IMG/VR virus record: IMGVR_UViG_3300043570_002257
Span: 32,001-96,000 of that record
Strand: one strand, 5' to 3'
From: a virus
Length of the DNA: 64,000 nt
In this document: piece by piece, positions 35,494 to 45,000 of the stretch
How the letters are laid out: the number at the start of each line of letters is the position of its first letter
Numbering within the stretch: the stretch's first letter is position 1
Notes under the pieces: model-generated
The model's input: the letters and a program-made list of their open reading frames with translations, nothing else
Database searches by the model: none
Told to the model about the DNA's origin: nothing
Translations under genes and position numbers: made by a program

Positions 35494-38400
35494 TTAGTTT
35501 AATTTAGCTTTAAGTTCATCAATTTCTTTTTGTTGTTCTTTTATTGCTTCTATCAGAACACCTACTATGTTACCATATTTTACACCATACTCATCAATGT
35601 CAGAAGCATAAGTAACAGCTTCTGGTAATACCTCATTCATTTCTTGAGCAATTACCCCCACCTGTCTAACCTTTTCTTCATCATCTATTCTGGTATAGAA
35701 TACACCTCTCATTTCTTTTACTTTAGAAATTGCACTGTCAATTGTAACAATATCAGTTTTCTTTCTTACGTCAGAATATGCTACGATGTCACCTGTTGAA
35801 TATATTGCACCAGTTACATACATACCATATAGTATTGAAGTAGTTGTACCATTGATGCCCATACAAGAATTACCTAAATTATAATATAAATACCATTTAG
35901 TACTTGCTTGTCTATATATACCACCATTACCAGCAGCATCATACATTATTCCATGTACACCACTATTATTATCGTATATACCACTGTAACCACCTTTAGT
36001 ACCTTTTATTGCTAGTTGAGTATAGTTACTTATATCATTGGCTTGTAAGTGAGCACCATAATATGATGGCCAGTATAAACCAGTACTAGCATTAAATTGA
36101 ATCCATGTATCTGCTTGATAATATGTATTACCATTTTTACCTACAAATGTAGTATTAGCATATGTTCCTAATGTACCTGCATTAGTTGCATAAGCAACAG
36201 ATTGACTTGCAATATTTCCACTAGAAATTGCGTATACCCATGTTTCAAAAGTACCAGTACCTTTATAACTTCTAAACCATAATTGATTGTCATAATAACT
36301 CATAGCTATTTGAAAACCATGGTAGTTAGCTTGATTACTATGTCTTACGTTAATAGAGTTATACCAAGTAGCACTAGGCCAGTTAGTACCACCACCACCA
36401 TTTTCATAAAATCCACTATTAACTTGTGAGTTAGCATTTGAATGAGTTGCAATTAAAGAAGGACTTGTCATCCAATCAGGTCTTGATGTTATGTTACCCC
36501 ACGCAACTGAACCAGAACTGCCTCCAATACTTAAACCAGATGCTGTTCCTGTTAATCCTGTTCCTGCTCCACTAAAAGATGCTGCTGTTACGTTTCCATC
36601 TGCTTGATTAATAGTAACCTTAACACTATTGTCTCCCCAAAATTCAATGAGATTACTTAATTGGTTATGTTTAATACCCCACTTGTTTGTATCACTTCCT
36701 AATGAATCTGAAAATATCCAAGTATCTCCTGCAGCATCATCTGTACGACCTGCTCCTGATTGTAATAATCCATTTGCATAGGTGTTATCAATACCTCTAA
36801 GTTTAATACTCCAAATACCACTTGCTCCACTTCCTGTAAGAGAAGGTGCGTAAGCTGTATAGTTTGCACTATTAAGTAAAACTCTCCATGGATTAAATAT
36901 AGCTTCATCACCATTTCTAGTTCTGAATGCAAGACCAGTTCCTCCACCACCATAAGATGCATTAAATTGTAATCCATATCCACTAGCAGCAAAATGTGTT
37001 AAAGGGCCTGTATATGGTGCATTATTACTATAAGTAAAGCCAGATTTATTTCCAGCAATAGTATTAGCATTATAACCTGGAGAATTTACCCACCCATCGT
37101 AATTAAATATTTCAAGTGGTTTACTAGTCACATTTGCCCATGCAACAGCATCTGCAGTGCCTGCAGTGCCTGCAGTAGTAGCATAATTTACAGATTGAGA
37201 TCCAATATTTGCTGAGGTTATGACAGCACTTCCGTTTGCATACAATGTGCCACCAATAGCAGCATAAGTATTTCCAGAAGTATCTATTCTAAATCTTTCT
37301 GATCCCCATGTACCATCAGTTCCATTTGGAGCTAATCCCATGTTTTGAGTAACACGGAATTGGTCATCATAATAACAATAACCTATATTCCAACGTGTAC
37401 TGCTATACCCACTACTAAACATAATAGATGGTCTGTCAGAACCAAGATTACTTGCAATATGAAATCTTGCAATAATTCCATAAGAGTGGTCTCCATTAGA
37501 AGCTTCAAAACTATAAGGAATATAATTACCTCCTGCTGATTGTGTTGTTAACCATTTACCTGATTGACCATGAGCTACTGTATTAACAGTAGTTTTATGA
37601 TATTCAGAACCATCAGTATGATATTCATGACCTGCTCCATTAGCAGGAGCTTGAGCTATATAAGTATGACCATATACCCAGTTGTCATTACCTGCAGTTG
37701 TAATACCATTTGGAAAGAATGCAGAATCATTAGTTCCCCACGCATTTCCAGGACTTACATATCCACCTTTTGCGTAGATAACATCGGTAAAAGGGTTTAC
37801 ATAAACTGCACTTGTTCCATAAACATAGTTACCATCACCCCATAGCAACTGATAAGTTGAATTAGAATTATTATTATAGTTAATTGTTACTTGTGAAGCT
37901 GTACCAGCAACACTTGCACTTCCTGCAATATTTGCATAAGCCACACGTACACCTGCTGGAGTAGCTGGAGAAACTTTAAGTTCCCAATAACTACCACCAT
38001 CATAGTTCATGTACATATAATATGGAGCAGTTCCACCATAAGTATATGGAGCATCAGAAGCATATAATCTAGTTGAGTTTAATGCATATGTTGCATTTCC
38101 TGTAATGTTTATAGCCCAAGTTCCACTTACTCCTGTACCATCTGCAAATGCTAATTTCTTTGACCATGTGATAGCATCCACACTACCACCACCAACTGTT
38201 GCGTTAGCACTACTATAATCTAGAGCTAAGAAACCATGAGTATCAGCTCCTGCCCATGCAATCATAGTACCATAAGAATTCTGACCTGGTAATGCAGTTG
38301 GTGTAGTATTCCATCTTGCTGTTGATATTTGATAACCACTAGTAGAAGCACCAAATAATGTAGTTCTAAAGTTACTTGTTGTAAGAGCATCTATATTAGC

Positions 38401-41400
38401 AGAAGCTGCAAGTCTATCTCTTATTAACCCAGTATTTGATGTTATACTTGATACTGATGCAGCATTACCAGCGTTAGAAGCGTATGCAGCACTGTTAGCA
38501 GTAACAGCATTACCTGTAATTGAAATACCCCATGTTCCAGAAGCACCAGTACCAGTTAATGTTGGTGCGTATGAATTGTAGTTACCAGCATGTAAAACTT
38601 GATTGCCTCCTTGTTGTAACGTACCACTTGTTACGTTAACTGTTGAACCACTAATGCGTAAATTAGAATTAGATGCTTCTAAATTTAAAGTACCATAAAC
38701 AGCTGTAGCTCTATTGTAAGCAATAATATAAGCTTCACCACCTGATACTCCAATCTCAGCAGCTAAACCTTCTGCAGCATTTCCATTATACCATCCAGTA
38801 AAACGACCCATACCACTTGTAGATATATCTCCACTAAAACTTCTTTGTGATGTTGTAGCTGAATTACCAGTGATGCTAATACCCCAAGTGCCTGTTGCTC
38901 CTGATCCTGTTAATGAAGGAGAATAAGAAGTATAATTTACTGAATCTAAAACAGTTCTCCAAGCTTGCCATGTACCATTATTTTTACCTCTTACAGCAAT
39001 TTGTCCTGTTCTATAATCACCAAATATTTGATGTTGCCAAGGTGTACTATGTCTTTGAGAATATAATGCACCATCTGTTTGACCCAATAATGCTACGCCT
39101 GTATAACTTATACCATTACTATCAATTGTGTCAGGTGCTGTTGCAGAATTGGATCCTGTATTTCTAAATCCCCAATCATCAATTGTATCAGCATTTCCTG
39201 CGTTTGTTGCATATGTTGCAGTAGCAGCGTTACCTGTTGTACTAATACCCCATGTACCACTATTATAAATATAAGGAGTTTCATTAGAATGTCTTAGTCT
39301 ACCACCATATATATAAACAGTTCCACCACCATTACCAAAATACATATCACCACCTGAATAATGATTAAAGTATATGTCATATCCAGTTGCACCTCTTGAA
39401 TCTAAGTGTAAGTTACCATTAGAAGTTCTAATTCTAGCGTATGTTGTATCTGTTGACCAACCACCAAGATGCAACGCAGCAGCAGCATTGTATGTGCCAG
39501 CTCCATAAAGTATTAAGGCAGTAGCATCACCATTTACAATTGTGTTTGTAACGTTTGTGTACACACCATTTGTAACTGTACCTGCGTTACCAGAAACACT
39601 TATACCCCATGTTCCACTTGCACCTGTTCCAGTAAGAGTGGGAGAGTAAGAGTTATAATTAGCAGCAGTTAAAGCAATACTATCATTTACATATAATACA
39701 CCAGAACTATTAATATACATTTTTCTAGTCCATGCATCACTATCTGTTTGACCTGCATAATAAAAAGCCAAAGTACCATCATTATGAATAAGCCAGTTAC
39801 AATCTTGATTTGTACTTCTTAATACAATTGATGGATACTCTCCACGAATTGTAAATTTTTCTGGATTAGTTCCACCCCAGTTAGCATTGATTTGTAACTT
39901 ACCTGTTATTGTACCACCTGAAAGTGGTAAAAAAGAAGTAGATGTATAAGCATTAGATCCAAGACCTAAAAAGGCTTGAACTTTAGCAGCTGTTGCAGAA
40001 CGGTGATAATTATCTCCAAACTTTGCTATGATATGAGTTATTGCTCCTGTACTTACATCATCTGTTGTGTTTATGTAAGAATAAAATCCATAATATCCAT
40101 AAATATGACCACTAGGATCTCTATATACTATTGTACTTCCTGTTGCAGGTACTGCTGGATTATTGTATCCTGAAATAGAACCTGTTGTAGCAGATGAACC
40201 TGTAACATTAATAGCCCATGTTCCTGAATTTGTAACAACTTGATCACCATGCCAATAAAGAATACCATCCATTCTCATTTCTAAGAACTTACCAAGAATA
40301 CCACTAATGTGAAATGCTATACCTGTTGTAGTTTCATCATAAGATTCAGTCCAAAGAGCAGCAGTAGTATAGTTACCATTAGTCTGAGACTTTCTACTTT
40401 TTAGTGTTGAAGTAAATACTCCACTTGTTCCTATTAAAGCACCTGTAAGGGTTCCTCCTGCTAAAGGAAGTTTTGTAGGATCTGATGCTGTAACTGTAAA
40501 TGATCTACTAGCTGATAAATCTTGTGTTACACCGTTTATTGTTAATGTTCTTGAAGGTGGAACATAAGCTGTTGAATCAACAGTTCCATCTGCTTTTAAG
40601 AATTGAGAAGATGTACCACCTGATTTAATTATTAAATTAGCTGTAAATGAACCTGCAATTTGCATGTCACCAGAAGTAGAGTTAAGTGCAGCAATAGGAG
40701 CAAAAGATTGTCTTCCCCATGTGAATCCTCTACCTGTATCTTCATTATTCATTTGCATTTTGATAGAGTAGTCAGTAACTGGTCCATAGTAGTACAATGA
40801 AGATGCACCCATACTTATTTTATATGCGTCACTTCCACTCCAGAATCTAAATCCATAACCATTACCAGCAGTAGCATCATAAAAATTATTTACATTACTA
40901 CCATTTGGTGCTGAACCTGCTGTAGTTGCATAGCTTACAGATTGTGAACCAATGTTACCAGAATGTATAAACTCACGCCAAGTAAACCAACCAGCTTCTG
41001 TTCTTCTTCTAAAAAATGCCGTATCTGAAGCATAATCAAAAGCTAATTGAGTTCTTCTACTATAACTATTACCAACATTAATTGTTCTAATGTTTGGAGA
41101 AGATAAAGGTGGTGTGCCACTTGGGATAGGGTCAAATGTTACAAAACATTCTCCGTAATCTGAATCTATATTTCCAGTTAAAGTGGCTAATGTTTTTACA
41201 AATGAACTTGAATCATAACCATCTAAAGTATCTGCTTGACCAGCATAGCTTGAGTAATATGAATTACCTGTAATGCTAATACCCCACGTTCCTGACGCTC
41301 CTGTACCTGTTAAAGTTGGAGAATAAGAGTTGTAGTTAGCATCAGAAAGCATTGTAGCCCAACTTGCAGCTCCACTAATATTGGTAGATCTATATAATAA

Positions 41401-42045
41401 TGGACCACCAATTAGTGAACCAAGTTGAAGATTATATCTACTATTAGCATCAGTAGAACTCCATGTAGGAAAAGAAATTAATCCAAAATCACCTGCAGGA
41501 ACATTAACTCCATTAAAGAAAGTATAAGAACCTGCTCTCCATATACTATTAGCATTAGCTGTTCCAATGTAATTGTTAGCAAAATATTGAGCAGTACCAC
41601 TAACATCAATCCCCCAAGTCCCACTTGCATTAGTACCTGTTAGGGTAGGTGCGTAATTATTATAATTTGCATCTGTTAATACCTCTGCCCAAGATGTCCA
41701 TACTCCAGCATTAGTCCTACCCCTAACAGCCATTCTTTTAGTAGGGTCAGTATCTAACCAAATTTGTGCACCATAAACAGAAGTAGTACCTGACCATGTC
41801 ATACCTAAAATATGACCATCATTACCTCCAGGCCCTAATGCTAAAGTGTGTATAAATGAATGACCTGATGCAGGCATTGCACTGTCTGCAGCAACAACAG
41901 TTCCTCCATTTGGACTTAATAAAGATGTAGCAGAACCTGTTGTAGATCCTGATGTATTGGCATAGTTAACTGACTGAGAAGCAATGTTTCCAGCATGTAT
42001 GGCAGCATATCCACCTATTGTTGTACCAAGTAATAAAATAGCCAT
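35494..42045 (-). CDS. Giant modular tail fibre with C-terminal Peptidase_S74 chaperone
   Basis: G/S/T/N-rich; repeated junction motifs; YSDVRKK...GVIAQE...LIEAIKEQ. Confidence 0.9.
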   Translation of the reverse strand: MAILLLGTTIGGYAAIHAGNIASQSVNYANTSGSTTGSATSLLSPNGGTVVAADSAMPASGHSFIHTLALGPGGNDGHILGMTWSGTTSVYGAQIWLDTDPTKRMAVRGRTNAGVWTSWAEVLTDANYNNYAPTLTGTNASGTWGIDVSGTAQYFANNYIGTANANSIWRAGSYTFFNGVNVPAGDFGLISFPTWSSTDANSRYNLQLGSLIGGPLLYRSTNISGAASWATMLSDANYNSYSPTLTGTGASGTWGISITGNSYYSSYAGQADTLDGYDSSSFVKTLATLTGNIDSDYGECFVTFDPIPSGTPPLSSPNIRTINVGNSYSRRTQLAFDYASDTAFFRRRTEAGWFTWREFIHSGNIGSQSVSYATTAGSAPNGSNVNNFYDATAGNGYGFRFWSGSDAYKISMGASSLYYYGPVTDYSIKMQMNNEDTGRGFTWGRQSFAPIAALNSTSGDMQIAGSFTANLIIKSGGTSSQFLKADGTVDSTAYVPPSRTLTINGVTQDLSASRSFTVTASDPTKLPLAGGTLTGALIGTSGVFTSTLKSRKSQTNGNYTTAALWTESYDETTTGIAFHISGILGKFLEMRMDGILYWHGDQVVTNSGTWAINVTGSSATTGSISGYNNPAVPATGSTIVYRDPSGHIYGYYGFYSYINTTDDVSTGAITHIIAKFGDNYHRSATAAKVQAFLGLGSNAYTSTSFLPLSGGTITGKLQINANWGGTNPEKFTIRGEYPSIVLRSTNQDCNWLIHNDGTLAFYYAGQTDSDAWTRKMYINSSGVLYVNDSIALTAANYNSYSPTLTGTGASGTWGISVSGNAGTVTNGVYTNVTNTIVNGDATALILYGAGTYNAAAALHLGGWSTDTTYARIRTSNGNLHLDSRGATGYDIYFNHYSGGDMYFGNGGGTVYIYGGRLRHSNETPYIYNSGTWGISTTGNAATATYATNAGNADTIDDWGFRNTGSNSATAPDTIDSNGISYTGVALLGQTDGALYSQRHSTPWQHQIFGDYRTGQIAVRGKNNGTWQAWRTVLDSVNYTSYSPSLTGSGATGTWGISITGNSATTSQRSFSGDISTSGMGRFTGWYNGNAAEGLAAEIGVSGGEAYIIAYNRATAVYGTLNLEASNSNLRISGSTVNVTSGTLQQGGNQVLHAGNYNSYAPTLTGTGASGTWGISITGNAVTANSAAYASNAGNAASVSSITSNTGLIRDRLAASANIDALTTSNFRTTLFGASTSGYQISTARWNTTPTALPGQNSYGTMIAWAGADTHGFLALDYSSANATVGGGSVDAITWSKKLAFADGTGVSGTWAINITGNATYALNSTRLYASDAPYTYGGTAPYYMYMNYDGGSYWELKVSPATPAGVRVAYANIAGSASVAGTASQVTINYNNNSNSTYQLLWGDGNYVYGTSAVYVNPFTDVIYAKGGYVSPGNAWGTNDSAFFPNGITTAGNDNWVYGHTYIAQAPANGAGHEYHTDGSEYHKTTVNTVAHGQSGKWLTTQSAGGNYIPYSFEASNGDHSYGIIARFHIASNLGSDRPSIMFSSGYSSTRWNIGYCYYDDQFRVTQNMGLAPNGTDGTWGSERFRIDTSGNTYAAIGGTLYANGSAVITSANIGSQSVNYATTAGTAGTADAVAWANVTSKPLEIFNYDGWVNSPGYNANTIAGNKSGFTYSNNAPYTGPLTHFAASGYGLQFNASYGGGGTGLAFRTRNGDEAIFNPWRVLLNSANYTAYAPSLTGSGASGIWSIKLRGIDNTYANGLLQSGAGRTDDAAGDTWIFSDSLGSDTNKWGIKHNQLSNLIEFWGDNSVKVTINQADGNVTAASFSGAGTGLTGTASGLSIGGSSGSVAWGNITSRPDWMTSPSLIATHSNANSQVNSGFYENGGGGTNWPSATWYNSINVRHSNQANYHGFQIAMSYYDNQLWFRSYKGTGTFETWVYAISSGNIASQSVAYATNAGTLGTYANTTFVGKNGNTYYQADTWIQFNASTGLYWPSYYGAHLQANDISNYTQLAIKGTKGGYSGIYDNNSGVHGIMYDAAGNGGIYRQASTKWYLYYNLGNSCMGINGTTTSILYGMYVTGAIYSTGDIVAYSDVRKKTDIVTIDSAISKVKEMRGVFYTRIDDEEKVRQVGVIAQEMNEVLPEAVTYASDIDEYGVKYGNIVGVLIEAIKEQQKEIDELKAKLN

Positions 42046-42046
42046 A

Positions 42047-45000
42047 TTATTTAGTTTCTAGTTTTTTAATTTTATCTGATAATTCTTTTACTGCACCTAT
42101 AAGTACAGTTGTTAAACGTGAGTAGTTAACACCTATGGCTTCTCCATTCTCATCGTATTGTACAAACTCTGGATATGTTTCAGCAACCTCTTCTGCAATA
42201 AGTCCTAACTCTTTAATAGTAGAACCAATTTTATTGTAAGCTACTGGTCTCAAATCTAATACTTTTTCTAAATTTCCAGTAATTGTGTTTATGTTTTCTT
42301 TTAACTTAAGAGAAGATGATTCTGTAAGTGCTCCACCAATAGTTAGATTACCTAAATAATCTAATGTAAGTCTTTGTAAATGAGTTCCACCTGGTTGACG
42401 CACAGCAATTCCAAATACACCTTCATAATTACTAGCACCTTTATATGCTCTTATTGATGCTCTATGATGATTTCCATCAGTATCAACAGTTGCAAATCCC
42501 ATTTGTGCTCTTTGTCCACTTGTAGTTGATCTCAAAAGAAGAGCGTCAACAAAATCATCTAATAGAGGACTATGGTCAATTACTAGACCATAGTTATTAC
42601 TAGTTGTAATTACATCACCAGCCTTAGAAACTTTACCTGCAATACTACTAGTTACTGTAGTTGCAAAGTTTGGATCATCTCCCAATGCTGCTGCTAATTC
42701 ATTTAATGTATCTAAAGCACCAGGTGCAGCATCTATTAAGTTATTAATCTGAGTAGTCACATAAGCTGTAGTAGCATATCCTGCAGAAGCATGATTGCCC
42801 CAACCATATGCAGTATTCCATTGTGTAGAATTACCAGCTACTGTAGAAATTGTTCCAGTAATAGTAACATCACCTGAATTAGTTAATGAAAGTTTTCTAG
42901 TTCCATTCCACTGAATAACAAAGTCAGCTCCAGCAGCACCTCCTGAACGAGTCATACCAAGTCTCCAATGATCACTATACCATCCATATTCATGACCAGA
43001 AACTAAGTCATCTGTAGTATATGTAGATGGTATATATACTGCAACTTCTCTTCCTTCACTACCTGTTATGGTAATTGGAACTGAAGTTGTAGCACCTCTT
43101 CCTGTAACTGATGCTAAAGTATCTGTGTATGTTGTTAAATATGCCTGAGATTGTACCCACGATTGAGTTGCAACTGCTGCACTGTTAAGTGTTAGAGTAG
43201 TAAAGTTTGTTTGTGATGTAGTTGCAGAATTACCAGTAATATGTGTAGCAAGAGCTTTATAAGGAACTGTTTGTATTAATGTACAATCAGATAAATCTGC
43301 GTCTGTCCAAGTCCATCCTGTGGTATAAGAATCAGCAGAGTTAGAAGAGAATACACTTTCTACATACATTTTTGCCCAATATCCAGGATCAGGTAAATGA
43401 ATAATTACAAAACCATCTGAACTTTTAGCAAGAGTAATTATAGGAGACCATGCACCATTAGAAATAGCATTTCTACTGTAGAACTCACTATTGTAATAAT
43501 GCCAACCAATAGATAAAGAAACCATTTGAGAAGCTCCATATCTAAATCCTTTAATGTTTACAGTAAAATCTGAACCTCCATAATTCCAAGGAATATTTGT
43601 TTTTATCTTAAATTGAGTAGGAGTAACTCCTGTATTCAAATCAAGAATACCCATTGAAAGTTTTTTTGCACCAACAGACGCAACACCTGTAACTCCTAAC
43701 TTTTCACTTATATTAAATGAACCTGTAAGATCAGTTATATTTGTATTAATACGTAGTCTTTCAACAGATGCAGTTTTAAATATAATTGTGTTAGGATTAG
43801 TTGCTCCACCTCCTGCTACATTTATAGAAGAAACATATCCATTTGTTGATCCTGCAAAAACAGTTCCTGTAGATGCATCAGCTCCACTACCCAATATACT
43901 ATTGTAAGGATAAACACCACCACTAAAAGAACTTGCTGTTACTGTACTTAAAAAAGTAGCAGAGTACCAAGGATAAGTTGCGTTACCTAAATTTTGTGCT
44001 GAATAAGTTCCTACGCCATTTGTTGAAATAATAACGCCTGCACCAAATCCAAAACCAATATCATTACCATTAGTAGCGTTATCATAAATACCACCACTTG
44101 TTAATATTGTTCTGTTGTTTGCTGTGAAAGATGTAGCGTTTACAGTTGAACTGAATGTCGCTGCACCTGTTGAAGCAATTCTTAATAATTCTGCACCATT
44201 ATTGCCATTTCTAATTTGTAAAAACCCAACACCATTTTCAGATAGTTTACCTATTGAGTAATCTGTACCGGGGCTTGAGTTAAAAAATACACCACCAAAT
44301 GAAACATTAGCCCCATCTGCATTAGTATCTCTTATATTCATCAATGCACCACTATTAACAGGAGGAGTACCAATAGCATAAAACTGAGTATTTGATACAA
44401 CTTGACCTGTAAACCTACCAGTTCCGTTTACATCTAACAAATATGAACCACTTGCAGTTGTACCCAAAAGTAATTGACCACTTGCAGTCAAAGTCATTCT
44501 TTGTGTAAATGTTACTGCATTACCCGCAGTTCCACTTGGAGCGTTTGACCACTGATGTTCGCCTAAATATTGAGAGTATCTTGTAGAAGCCAATCCTGTA
44601 TTTTTATACAAAGGACTTCCTGCCCAATTATAATAATAATTTAAACCAACTGATATTGAATTGTAAAGATTTGTTGCATTTTCAGTCCATATAATACCAT
44701 TAGCACCTATTTCTAAAACACGAGAATCAGAATAAGCGTTTAATGGTGTAACTCCTAAACCAATTGTGGTTGCGTTTTCTTGTAACAAAGAATTTCCTAA
44801 AGCACTTGCTCCTGTAAACTTTGGTAAGTAATTAGTAGTTCCCGTACCTGTAATAGGATTTGTTAAAGTTGATGTACTACCATCAGCCATTAAATATTGG
44901 GTAGATGTACCTCCACTTTTAATTAATGATACTGCTGTAAATGTTCCACTTGATTCCCAATTTCCATACAATGAGCCACCATAAGAGCCACCATAATTAA

